Part shown: in pieces, positions 29,412 through 38,010 of the stretch | How the letters are laid out: each line of letters opens with the position of its first letter | Position numbering within the stretch: position 1 is the first letter of the stretch | DNA from: Alphaproteobacteria bacterium | Lineage (GTDB): Bacteria; Pseudomonadota; Alphaproteobacteria; Micropepsales; Micropepsaceae | DNA length: 64,000 bases | NCBI GenBank assembly: GCA_947467345.1 | Contig: CANIHD010000011.1 | Location: forward strand, 15,319 to 79,318 | Reading direction: 5' to 3' | Position numbers and translations under genes: made by a program | Notes under the pieces: generated by a model | What the model was told of the DNA's origin: nothing | The model's database searches: none | What the model saw: only the letters and a program-made list of their open reading frames with translations

Positions 29412-29483
29412 AAAAGGGAGGAATGATTTCTACCGATCCGGGTAACGCGGGCAGAAAGAATGAGGGAGTGAACTGCTCTCTTT

Positions 29484-29505
29484 CCTCCCCCGCTTGCGGG
29501 GGAGG
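29484..29505. repeat. short GC hairpin repeat, family C
   Basis: 'CCTCCCCCGCTTGCGGGGGAGG', a perfect 8-bp stem. Confidence 0.7.
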
Positions 29506-29560
29506 TATTCAGCGTCGCGCTAAGGCGAGACACTGAATAGAGGGGGCTTCGCGACGCTCA

Positions 29561-29656
29561 CCCTTCGAGACGCGTGCTTCGCACGCTCGTCAGGATGAGG
29601 TCAGTACCAATTCCTCATGGTGAGGAGGCCGCGAAGCCGCCGTCTCGAACCATGAG
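29561..29656. repeat. intergenic palindromic repeat, family A
   Basis: 'CCCTTCGAGACGCG...GTCAGGATGAGG', a spacer, then 'CCTCATGGTGAGGAGG...CGTCTCGAACCATGAG'. Lies directly downstream of the rpoD stop. Confidence 0.85.
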
Positions 29657-29672
29657 CCCGTGCGTGCTCAAA

Positions 29673-32189
29673 CTAATTGTCCAGGAAGCTACGAAGCTTG
29701 CGGCTGCGGCTCGGGTGTTTCAGTTTACGCAGAGCCTTCGCCTCGATCTGACGAATGCGTTCGCGCGTTACTGAGAATTGCTGACCCACTTCTTCCAGCG
29801 TGTGATCGGTGTTCATGCCGATACCGAAGCGCATGCGAAGCACGCGCTCTTCGCGCGGCGTGAGCGTGGCCAACACGCGTGTAGTGGTCTCACGCAAATT
29901 CGACTGGATCGCCGCATCGACGGGAAGAACCGCATTCTTGTCTTCGATGAAATCGCCGAGATGCGAATCTTCCTCGTCGCCGATAGGCGTTTCGAGACTG
30001 ATCGGTTCCTTGGCGATCTTGAGAACTTTGCGCACCTTTTCCAGCGGCATGGCCAGACGTTCGGCCAATTCTTCCGGCGTCGGCTCGCGGCCAATTTCGT
30101 GCAGCATCTGACGCGACGTGCGCACCAGCTTATTGATGGTCTCGATCATGTGCACCGGAATACGGATTGTGCGCGCCTGATCGGCGATCGAGCGGGTGAT
30201 GGCCTGACGAATCCACCATGTGGCGTAAGTCGAGAACTTATAACCGCGGCGATATTCGAATTTATCGACCGCTTTCATCAAACCGATATTGCCTTCCTGA
30301 ATGAGATCCAGGAATTGCAAACCGCGATTGGTGTATTTTTTGGCGATGGAGATAACGAGGCGCAAATTCGCCTCGATCATCTCCTTTTTCGCCTGACGGC
30401 TTTCGCGTTCGCCTTTTTGAACCGTGTGCACGATCCGGCGGAAATCCGAAACCGATTGGCGGGTTTCCTGCGCCAGTGATTGGATGTCGTCACGGATGTG
30501 TTTGACCTTGTCGCGCTCTTCATGCGCGAATTCTTTCCAGCCCGATCCCGCGAGGCGGCTGACGCGGCGCAGCCAATTGGGATCGAGTTCGTTCCCGAAA
30601 TGCTGCTTCAGGAATTCCATGCGATCGACGCCGTGCGATTCCGCGAGGCGCAAAATGCGGCCTTCGAGCGAAACCAAGCGGCGATTAATGCCGTACATCT
30701 GATCGACAAGCGCTTCGATACGATTGTTGTTGAGGCGAAGCCCTTTCACCAATTCAACCGTTTCGGAACGCAGTTTCTGAAACCGGCGTTCCTGGCTGGT
30801 GGACAATTCATCGGCGCCAAGTGCGGCTTCGACTTGCGCGTCCTGCAGCTTGCCGAGCTTTTTATAGAGCGCAGCGATCTGGTCGAGCTTCTCCAGGATT
30901 TGCGGCTTCAGCGCCGCTTCCATCGCGGAGAGCGAAAGATTGCTCTCGTCGTCGAAATCTTCATCGCCCGGCACGGGCACATCAGCGCCTTCAGCCACGG
31001 TACCTTCGCCTTCGGCCGTCGCGGGCTTGGGTGCGGGCGGAGGTGGCGGTGGCGGCGGTGCTGCAGCAACCACCGGCGCCGGCGGTGCATCGACGCCCGG
31101 CGCCTGCGGCACGGGCAAACCTTCCGGACCCACAGCCGGCACGCCATTGGCATCGGGACCGGCGCCATACATGGCTTCCAAATCGATGATGTCGCGTAAG
31201 AGCGCCTTGCCTTCCATCAACTCGTCGCGCCACACAGTGAGCGCTTCGAATGTGAGCGGGCCTTCGCAGAGCGCGCCGATCATGAGTTCGCGGCCGGCTT
31301 CAATGCGCTTGGCGATGGCGATTTCGCCTTCGCGCGACAGCAATTCGACCGAACCCATTTCGCGCAAATACATGCGCACGGGATCATCGGTGCGGTCGTA
31401 CGTCTCTTCGGCTTTTTCAGGCTGCTCGACGAGTTGGCGGCCGGTCGCGATTGCCGGAACCTGGCCCTCGCCTTCCTGCTCTTCCTGCTCTTCGCTTTCG
31501 ATGACGTTGATACCCATCTCGTTGAGCATCGCCATCGTGTCTTCGATCTGCTCCGACGACACTTTGTCGGACGGCAAAACGCGATTGAGTTCGTCGTAGG
31601 TGACATAGCCGCGCTGCTTGGCGCGCGTGATCATCTTGCGCACCGCGGCGTCGGACATATCCAACAGCGGCGCGTCGGGATCTTCCTTCGCGGCGGCCTG
31701 CCCGTCGGGCGTGCCTTCTTTCTTGACGCCCTGCACGCCGGCCTTGGCGGGCAAAGGCTGCACCTTCGCCTTCAACACTTCGCCAGGCTTCGCTTTCGCG
31801 GCAGGCAGCACAATTTTCGCCTCAGGCTTAGCCACGGCTTTTGCGGACGCAGGTTTCGGCGACTCGGATTTCACGGAATCGACTTTTGCGGACTCAGGTT
31901 TACCAGTGATCTTTGAAGGCACTTTTGCTTTGTCTTCCAATTTCTTTGCGGGCGCTTTCACCATGTCCGGCTTTTTGCCGACGGTCTTTGGTGCTGCTTT
32001 CAGCTCTGGCTTCGTCTTGGCCGGGCCCTTGGTTTCCGGGAGTTTGTTTTCCACCTTCGCGGCGGGAATCGCTTTCTTTGTAGGCGCGCGCGGCGGCACC
32101 GGTGGCGCTTTGCTGCGTTTCTCGGGGGCTTTCGCCTTCACCGTCGCTTTGGGCGCCGGTTTGGCTTTCGCGGTTATCTTCTTCACCAC
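29673..32189 (-). CDS. rpoD: RNA polymerase primary sigma factor RpoD with long Lys/Ala/Pro-rich N-terminal extension
   Basis: Regions 1.1 to 4.2 are recognisable ('[10 protein letters not shown]', '[59 protein letters not shown]', '[17 protein letters not shown]'). 838 aa from a GTG start. Confidence 0.93.
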   Translation of the reverse strand: MVKKITAKAKPAPKATVKAKAPEKRSKAPPVPPRAPTKKAIPAAKVENKLPETKGPAKTKPELKAAPKTVGKKPDMVKAPAKKLEDKAKVPSKITGKPESAKVDSVKSESPKPASAKAVAKPEAKIVLPAAKAKPGEVLKAKVQPLPAKAGVQGVKKEGTPDGQAAAKEDPDAPLLDMSDAAVRKMITRAKQRGYVTYDELNRVLPSDKVSSEQIEDTMAMLNEMGINVIESEEQEEQEGEGQVPAIATGRQLVEQPEKAEETYDRTDDPVRMYLREMGSVELLSREGEIAIAKRIEAGRELMIGALCEGPLTFEALTVWRDELMEGKALLRDIIDLEAMYGAGPDANGVPAVGPEGLPVPQAPGVDAPPAPVVAAAPPPPPPPPAPKPATAEGEGTVAEGADVPVPGDEDFDDESNLSLSAMEAALKPQILEKLDQIAALYKKLGKLQDAQVEAALGADELSTSQERRFQKLRSETVELVKGLRLNNNRIEALVDQMYGINRRLVSLEGRILRLAESHGVDRMEFLKQHFGNELDPNWLRRVSRLAGSGWKEFAHEERDKVKHIRDDIQSLAQETRQSVSDFRRIVHTVQKGERESRQAKKEMIEANLRLVISIAKKYTNRGLQFLDLIQEGNIGLMKAVDKFEYRRGYKFSTYATWWIRQAITRSIADQARTIRIPVHMIETINKLVRTSRQMLHEIGREPTPEELAERLAMPLEKVRKVLKIAKEPISLETPIGDEEDSHLGDFIEDKNAVLPVDAAIQSNLRETTTRVLATLTPREERVLRMRFGIGMNTDHTLEEVGQQFSVTRERIRQIEAKALRKLKHPSRSRKLRSFLDN

Positions 32190-32229
32190 AGCTCTACCGT
32201 ATCTTGGCAGCGTGACCTGGTATCAGGAC

Positions 32230-34170
32230 TTAATTGCTGCCGTTTATGTTCCCCGAATTGGTGGAATTGATGAGTTCATTCAACCGCTGTAATTCTTCGA
32301 AGTCTTCGGCAGTTTCGGTGCTCAAATAACGTCTATTGGCCTCAACGCGCCGAACGACAAGATCATCTTGCGAAGCAAGCTCGGGGTCCTGAAGCTGGGC
32401 AATGGCGCGGCGCAAAGCCGCTTCATGATGGGCGTCCTCGGAGCTCCGAATAACATTTTCGGTTTGCCCCTGCGTAACGCCTTGAACGATAGGCTGAGTT
32501 TTCAGTCCTTCCGCAAGCACGCCCATCCCCTGGCGAACGAGGTGGTTCTCCACGACGTTTCTTTCAAGCCTGACGCCGGAAGCGGCGAGATGTAGGAGTT
32601 CGCCCTTTAGGCTGTCAAGCTGCGGATCGGCCAAGGTCAGGGCTGCCAACAGCTCCGCATATTTTTCGATCAGGGCCGGGGACGCCACCACATGGCCCAT
32701 CAGCTCCCGCTCCTTGACCCGGCGGGCGCCGCCGCTGGCCTTCACCGCATGGAGGCTGCGCCGAACCGCCGGCGAAACCCCCTCGGGGGGCTTCTCGGGC
32801 TGGAACCCACGTCCCTTACCGGCAAAGTTCCGTGCCCCCGTTCCGAATCCTTGGCCGCGCTGGCCGTAGCCGCCTTGAGACCCCCTGGGGGTGGGCCGAC
32901 GCTGCTTGAAGGCTGCGAAAACCCGCTCTTTGAAGTCCCGGCGATAATAATCGGCAATGGTCGGGTTCTTGATTTCCCGGGCCAAAGCTTCGAGCGCCGC
33001 TTCCAGCCCGGCGCGCCGCTCGGGGGTGGAGATATCCTTGCCCTCGGTTTCCGAGGTCCACAGCATCTCAGCCAAGCCGCGTGCCTTGGTAAGCAGCCCG
33101 CGCATGGGCTCGGCGCCGCTGGCTTTGATAAACGAATCCGGGTCCTCGCCACTGGGAAGGAAGGCGAAGCGTAAGGACTGCCCAGGCTCCAGCAGCGGCA
33201 GCGCCAATTTGGCGGCGCGCAAAGCCGCGCGCGCGCCCGCCGAATCGCCGTCTAGGCAGATGATCGGCTCGGGCGCGACCTTCCACAAAAGGGCGAGCTG
33301 GTCTTCGGTCAGCGCGGTCCCAAGCGGCGCCACGGCGCCCGTGAACCCCGCCTCGGAGAGCGCGATCACATCCATGTAACCCTCGGCGACGATCAGCTCG
33401 GCGCCGCCCTTCACCGCCTCGCGGGCATTGCGGAAATTGTAGAGCAGATGCCCCTTGGAAAAGAGCGTGGTTTGGCCGGTGTTGATGTATTTGGGCTTGG
33501 CATCGGGCGAGAGCCCACGGCCGCCAAAGGCGATAATGCGCCCGCGCATATCGGGAATCGGAAACATGATGCGGTCGAAGAAGAAATCGCGCGGCGCCCG
33601 CCCATCGTCGTTCAGCCGCACCAGGCCCGCTTCCGCCATATCGGTGAGCCCTAGGCCCTTCCCGGTCAAATAGTCTTTCAGTGCGCCGTTCCCATCCGGC
33701 GCGTAGCCGATGTGAAAGCGGCGGCAGATGTCGCCGTTCAGCCCACGCGATTTCAGATAGGCGCGGGCCGAGGCGCCGCCACTGCCGCGCAATTGTTGTT
33801 CGAAGAAATCCCCAGCCAGCTGGATAATTTCATAGAGCGATTTGCGCCGGCTCTCACGCGCCTCGTCTTCCGGCGACCAGGCGGGAAGCTCAACACTGGC
33901 CTCGGCCGCCAGTTTCTGCACCGCTTCCGGAAAGGTGAGGCCTTCGGTTTCCTGCAGCCATTTGAAGCAATCGCCACCGGCGCCGCAGCCAAAGCAATGA
34001 TAATTGCGCCTCTCGTTCTCAACTTTGAACGAGTCGGATTTTTCCTTGTGGAAGGGGCAAAGTCCCCAAAACACATTGCCCTTGCGGGCAAGTTTGATCT
34101 TTCGCCCGACAAGCTGGACGAGGTCGATACGCCGTTTGATCTCTTCAAGCAGGCCGTCGCCGAAGCGCAT
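32230..34170 (-). CDS. dnaG: DNA primase
   Basis: Zinc finger 'CPFHKEKSDSFKV...YHCFGCGAGGD' and TOPRIM 'VAEGYMDVI'. Lies upstream of rpoD. Confidence 0.95.
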   Translation of the reverse strand: MRFGDGLLEEIKRRIDLVQLVGRKIKLARKGNVFWGLCPFHKEKSDSFKVENERRNYHCFGCGAGGDCFKWLQETEGLTFPEAVQKLAAEASVELPAWSPEDEARESRRKSLYEIIQLAGDFFEQQLRGSGGASARAYLKSRGLNGDICRRFHIGYAPDGNGALKDYLTGKGLGLTDMAEAGLVRLNDDGRAPRDFFFDRIMFPIPDMRGRIIAFGGRGLSPDAKPKYINTGQTTLFSKGHLLYNFRNAREAVKGGAELIVAEGYMDVIALSEAGFTGAVAPLGTALTEDQLALLWKVAPEPIICLDGDSAGARAALRAAKLALPLLEPGQSLRFAFLPSGEDPDSFIKASGAEPMRGLLTKARGLAEMLWTSETEGKDISTPERRAGLEAALEALAREIKNPTIADYYRRDFKERVFAAFKQRRPTPRGSQGGYGQRGQGFGTGARNFAGKGRGFQPEKPPEGVSPAVRRSLHAVKASGGARRVKERELMGHVVASPALIEKYAELLAALTLADPQLDSLKGELLHLAASGVRLERNVVENHLVRQGMGVLAEGLKTQPIVQGVTQGQTENVIRSSEDAHHEAALRRAIAQLQDPELASQDDLVVRRVEANRRYLSTETAEDFEELQRLNELINSTNSGNINGSN

Positions 34171-34305
34171 CCGAAGATCTCACGAAATGGGCACGCCCAA
34201 GCTCCGCTAAGCGGGCCGCAAAGGCGTATCCTCTCAATGTAGCGCTAGGCGTGCGTCAAACAGCAGTGATGCCGACGTATCCAGAGAATTATTTGTCTGG
34301 AACTT

Positions 34306-34773
34306 CTATTTCGGGGCGGACAGCAGCTCTTTGACCACGCCGCCGGCCTTGCCGAAATCCATCTGCCCGGCAAAGCGCTCCTTAAGTGCGCCCATGACCT
34401 TGCCCATATCCTTGATGCTGGCGGCGCCGGTTTCGGCGATCACGGCCTTCACCGCCTCGCGCGTCTCCGCCTCGCCCAGCTGGCGCGGCATGAAGGCGCG
34501 GATGATGCCGATCTCCTCGCGCTCGCCTGCGGCGAGTTCGGGGCGGTTCCCGGCATCATAGGTGGCGGCCGATTCTTCGCGCTGCTTGATCATCTTGGTC
34601 AGGACCTGGAGGATCTCATCGTCGGAGACGCCCTCGCGCGAGGCCTCGGTGCGGGCGGCGATGTCGCGATCCTTCACGGCCGCCAGCATAAGGCGCACGG
34701 TCGACAGGCGTTTGGCCTCTTTGGCCTTCATCGCCTCTTTCATCGCTTCGGTCAGTTGGTCTCTCAGACCCAT
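34306..34773 (-). CDS. GatB/YqeY domain protein
   Basis: 'LRDQLTEAMKEAMKAK...RLSTVRLMLAAVKDRDI'. 155 aa. Confidence 0.9.
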   Translation of the reverse strand: MGLRDQLTEAMKEAMKAKEAKRLSTVRLMLAAVKDRDIAARTEASREGVSDDEILQVLTKMIKQREESAATYDAGNRPELAAGEREEIGIIRAFMPRQLGEAETREAVKAVIAETGAASIKDMGKVMGALKERFAGQMDFGKAGGVVKELLSAPK

Positions 34774-34891
34774 GATCTATGCTCGTTTTTTGGAAAGCGG
34801 CGGAGATTAGGCCAAGCGGTTGATTGTCGCAAACAAGCTAAGCTGCTGTGTATCAGGCGCTTTTTCCCCACTTTTTACACATGCGCTTTGC

Positions 34892-34920
34892 TTGACGGGA
34901 TTTGGCCGCCTACCTATGTT
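34892..34920 (+). promoter_or_regulatory. candidate sigma70-type promoter for carA
   Basis: TTGACG, a 17-nt spacer, then TATGTT, 28 nt upstream of the carA ATG. Confidence 0.3.
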
Positions 34921-34947
34921 GCCCGCGCATTCCAGACACGGCCAGCC

Positions 34948-36141
34948 ATGACCGGCGAAACAGCCCCAGCCGCTCCGCATCTCGGAGCGGACCCATTTGC
35001 TGCGCGCAACACCGGGATATTGGTGTTGGCCGACGGAACGGTTTTTGAGGGCCAGGGTTTTGGAGCCGCAACCGCCGCCGTGGGCGAGGTGTGCTTCAAC
35101 ACGGCGATGACCGGGTATCAGGAAATTCTCTCCGATCCCTCTTATGCCGGGCAGATCGTCGCCTTTACTTTTCCGCATATCGGCATTGTGGGCGCCAATG
35201 ACGAAGACATCGAGACCATCACACCGGCAGTGCGCGCCGTCGTTGTGCGCGCCATGGCGAACCTGCCGTCGAATTACCGCTCGCTGGTGACGCTCGATCG
35301 CTGGCTGAAGCGGCATAATATTCCGGGGCTCTCGGGTATCGACACGCGCGCGCTTACCGCGCGCATTCGCGAGCTTGGCATGCCGCATGGCGTGATCGCG
35401 CATAGTCCGAACGGCACATTCGACATCGCGGCGCTGCGGCGCCAAGCACAAGAATTTCCCGGCCTTGTCGGACTCGATCTCGCGAAAGAAGTGACCTGCC
35501 GGCAGAGCTTCACCTGGGAAGAAACGCCGTGGGTGTGGGGACGCGGCTACGGCAAACAGGAAAGCCCGAGCTGGCGCGCCGTCGTGGTCGATTTCGGCGT
35601 GAAGAGAAACATCCTGCGTTTGCTGGCCGGATCTGGCGCGTCCATCACGGTTCTACCGGCCGAAGCAAGCGTCGAAGATATTTTGCGCCACCAGCCGCAT
35701 GGCGTGATGTTTTCCAACGGCCCCGGCGATCCGGAAGCCACCGGCGCCTATGCCGTTCCCGCCATTCAGGGCGTGATGGAAGAAGGCATTCCATTGTTCG
35801 GCATCTGCCTCGGCCATCAAATGCTGGGCCTCGCGCTCGGCGGGCGCACCAAGAAAATGGTGCAAGGCCATCACGGCGCCAATCATCCGGTGAAGGATTT
35901 GGAAACCGGCAAAGTCGAGATCGTGTCGATGAATCACGGCTTCACCGTGGACCGCGATTCCCTTCCGAAAGACGTGAAGGAAACGCATGTCTCGCTGTTC
36001 GACGGGACCAATTGCGGTCTGCGCGTCGAAGGCAAACCGATTTTCTCGGTGCAGTACCATCCCGAGGCGTCGCCCGGCCCGATGGATTCGCACTATCTTT
36101 TCGAGCGGTTCGCCGAGAGTGCGAAGGCGTTCGCGCGCTAG
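34948..36141 (+). CDS. carA: carbamoyl-phosphate synthase small (glutaminase) subunit
   Basis: 'FEGQGFGA', 'GICLGHQ' (catalytic Cys) and 'VQYHPEASPGP'. The start is at an internal ATG of ORF 34756..36141. Confidence 0.95.
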   Translation: MTGETAPAAPHLGADPFAARNTGILVLADGTVFEGQGFGAATAAVGEVCFNTAMTGYQEILSDPSYAGQIVAFTFPHIGIVGANDEDIETITPAVRAVVVRAMANLPSNYRSLVTLDRWLKRHNIPGLSGIDTRALTARIRELGMPHGVIAHSPNGTFDIAALRRQAQEFPGLVGLDLAKEVTCRQSFTWEETPWVWGRGYGKQESPSWRAVVVDFGVKRNILRLLAGSGASITVLPAEASVEDILRHQPHGVMFSNGPGDPEATGAYAVPAIQGVMEEGIPLFGICLGHQMLGLALGGRTKKMVQGHHGANHPVKDLETGKVEIVSMNHGFTVDRDSLPKDVKETHVSLFDGTNCGLRVEGKPIFSVQYHPEASPGPMDSHYLFERFAESAKAFAR

Positions 36142-36147
36142 CGCGTT

Positions 36148-36226
36148 GCTGAAATAAGTTAGTGTTGTTCGCCCGCCGATTTTGGGAAGTGAGCACGCTG
36201 AAATAGGTTAGCGTTGTTCGCCCGCC
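36148..36226 (+). repeat. two copies of a 30-bp direct repeat (28/30 identical), 49-bp period
   Basis: 36148..36177 'GCTGAAATAAGTTAGTGTTGTTCGCCCGCC' and 36197..36226 'GCTGAAATAGGTTAGCGTTGTTCGCCCGCC'. Confidence 0.9.
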
Positions 36227-36272
36227 AACGGCATTCTTTCACGACCGTGTCGCATTCAAGAGCGAGTGTCGC

Positions 36273-36608
36273 ATGACCAACGCTCCCGCCAAAATTTCCC
36301 TCGAAGACTGCGCAAAGGAAGTTGCGCAAGCGCCCAAGCCCTACCTCGTCTTTCTCGAATGCGGCGATGCGGTCGTTGAACTCTTCGCGCCGCGCGGCCC
36401 CGACACGCAAGGTCCGCATGATCGCGACGAGCTTTACATCGTCACGTCCGGTAACGGCGTTCTGACGCGCAACCGAAAAGAGATTCCTTTCGTCAACGGT
36501 GATGTGCTGTTCGTACCGGCCCACATGCCGCATCGCTTCACAGCGTTCAGCGACGATTTCTCGACCTGGGTGATTTTCTTCGGCCCGGTCGGTGGTGCGA
36601 AGGCATAG
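36273..36608 (+). CDS. cupin domain protein
   Basis: 111 aa. 'HDRDELYIVTSGNG...GDVLFVPAHMPHRF'. Confidence 0.8.
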   Translation: MTNAPAKISLEDCAKEVAQAPKPYLVFLECGDAVVELFAPRGPDTQGPHDRDELYIVTSGNGVLTRNRKEIPFVNGDVLFVPAHMPHRFTAFSDDFSTWVIFFGPVGGAKA

Positions 36609-36615
36609 AACTTTT

Positions 36616-36667
36616 TGTCATTCCCGGCCGAGCGTCGCGTAGCGATGCGAGGGGAAGGGAATCCAGG
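36616..36667 (+). repeat. intergenic hairpin repeat, family B (TGTCAT-stem...stem-ATCCAGG)
   Basis: 'TGTCATTCCCGGCCGAGCGTCGCGTAGCGATGCGAGGGGAAGGGAATCCAGG'. Confidence 0.85.
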
Positions 36668-36729
36668 TCCAGGTATTGTTAGCCTTCGCATCCGACAAAG
36701 GCGCGGATAGGTCCGGATGAACTTAGACA

Positions 36730-37065
36730 ATGTTCGTGCAGCAAGAAATTTGTCGCAGATATGGAGCGGATTTTGCCGCCATTCCTGAGACTCACAAAGT
36801 GGGCATCTCCACAACGGTTCTTAGCGGATTGTTGCCATTAAACGGTCTTCGTCATTCGCCCGAAGGCGACACGAGCGGATGGTATATTTGGGCGGGCGAA
36901 GAGTTGTCCGAATCTGCGGATTTCTTCCAACCGCTGCACATTTGACATTTGGATAGCTGGTGTCCGGAGGTCATAAAATATTTGGGGCTACCGCCGGGAT
37001 GGCGCTTCTTGCTAGCGGGAGAGCATGTGGACGTTTGGTTCGATAAAGCCTTGCTGAACATCTGA
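36730..37065 (+). pseudogene. orphan immunity-protein-like ORF (Imm33-like, recalled from memory) with in-frame TGA at 36943..36945
   Basis: Reads '...[65 protein letters not shown]'. Visibly lower GC and many A/T-ending codons. Confidence 0.5.
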
Positions 37066-37076
37066 GCGCAGAAGCA

Positions 37077-37124
37077 CCTGGATCCCCTTCCCTCGCGCGC
37101 AAAGCGCGCTCGCCGGGGATGACA
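37077..37124 (-). repeat. family B repeat, inverted orientation
   Basis: 'CCTGGATCCCCTTCCCTCGCGCGCAAAGCGCGCTCGCCGGGGATGACA' is the reverse complement of the TGTCAT...ATCCAGG architecture. Confidence 0.85.
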
Positions 37125-37151
37125 ACAAATTTTCGCTCGCGTTTCCTCACT

Positions 37152-37203
37152 TGTCATTCCCGGCCGAGCGTCGCGCAGCGATGCGAGGGGAAGGGAATCC
37201 AGG
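37152..37203 (+). repeat. family B repeat
   Basis: Near-identical to 36616..36667 (one mismatch seen). Confidence 0.9.
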
Positions 37204-37229
37204 TAGCAACGCTTCAACGCGTATCGATA

Positions 37230-37278
37230 CCTCGATCCCGGGTCGCGCGGCGCTTCGCGCCACTTGCCCGGGATGACA
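37230..37278 (-). repeat. family B repeat (CCCGGG-stem variant), inverted
   Basis: 'CCTCGATCCCGGGTCGCGCGGCGCTTCGCGCCACTTGCCCGGGATGACA'. Confidence 0.8.
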
Positions 37279-37313
37279 GGTGAGCAGAAATTCGCGCGTG
37301 ATCTATCAGCGCG

Positions 37314-37904
37314 TCAGCGCCGCAGTTCGATGACGTCGTAATCCGATTCAATCGCAGGGTACGGGAACTCGATGCGGACATGGCCACGGCCCAACGTGGA
37401 GACGAGCCCCACCAGATCGCTGGACGACGACGCGACGCCGATGCCGGGATTGCCGCCGGAATAGGGGCGCGGTGGATCGTTCTTCACGCTCACCGCGCCA
37501 AGTAAAACCATGCGCCCGTCGCCGTAATCGTCGAGGTAACCGGCCATGCGTTCCGAGCCGGTGATCTTCTCGAAATAGAGCCCGTATTTGTTCTCGCGCA
37601 CGCGGCAGGTGAACCAGTCATAGACCTTGATGGGCGCCAGACCGCTGAGTTTCAGGATGCGACAGCGCCAGGTGCCCTTCAGCTCCTGTGCCGAAATGGG
37701 GCCGGAGGTGCGGGCGACTATTGCGTTGACGAGGGCGCGCTCGGCTCTGCCGGCGGCCTCGGCCCCCGCCAGGCCTTCGGCGCGGGATGCCGGCAATTGT
37801 TCAAGACGTTCACGGTCATGGGCCGAGATTCGGCCTTCCCAAGCCGCCATCGAAGGCGTCGCCAAAGCTGCGAAGAAAAGAACGAGTGCGATGATCGCGC
37901 GCAT
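37314..37904 (-). CDS. secreted DUF4893-like protein (family recalled from memory)
   Basis: Signal peptide 'MRAIIALVLFFAALATPSMA'. 196 aa. The start is at an internal ATG of ORF 37314..37955. Confidence 0.65.
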   Translation of the reverse strand: MRAIIALVLFFAALATPSMAAWEGRISAHDRERLEQLPASRAEGLAGAEAAGRAERALVNAIVARTSGPISAQELKGTWRCRILKLSGLAPIKVYDWFTCRVRENKYGLYFEKITGSERMAGYLDDYGDGRMVLLGAVSVKNDPPRPYSGGNPGIGVASSSSDLVGLVSTLGRGHVRIEFPYPAIESDYDVIELRR

Positions 37905-38010
37905 GAGTGTCCCGTTTCTGGACAGAGCAAGATTGTCCATGCGCGAACCACGCAAAGAGAGGGCCAGACATGGTGTGCTCTATTTAGAAACGCAGCCTTG
38001 GGCGGAACGT

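Noticed and set aside
29388-29656. Clustered repeats as a possible CRISPR array (also at 36616..37278 and 42458..42711).
   Set aside because: The copies are palindromic and occur in both orientations. They belong to different families, have irregular spacing, and are not accompanied by cas genes. They behave like REP/BIME-type intergenic elements.
36943-36945. In-frame TGA as a selenocysteine codon.
   Set aside because: No SECIS-like hairpin lies immediately downstream. No sel genes are in view. The protein family is not a redox enzyme. A nonsense mutation, a sequencing error or low-level read-through is more parsimonious.
36852-37217. ORFs reading through repeat elements (36852..37217, 26261..26830, 26536..26841, 42159..42665, 29288..29536).
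   Set aside because: They are composed largely of translated palindromic repeats. The same peptide-like strings recur wherever the repeat occurs. None has a credible start or SD.
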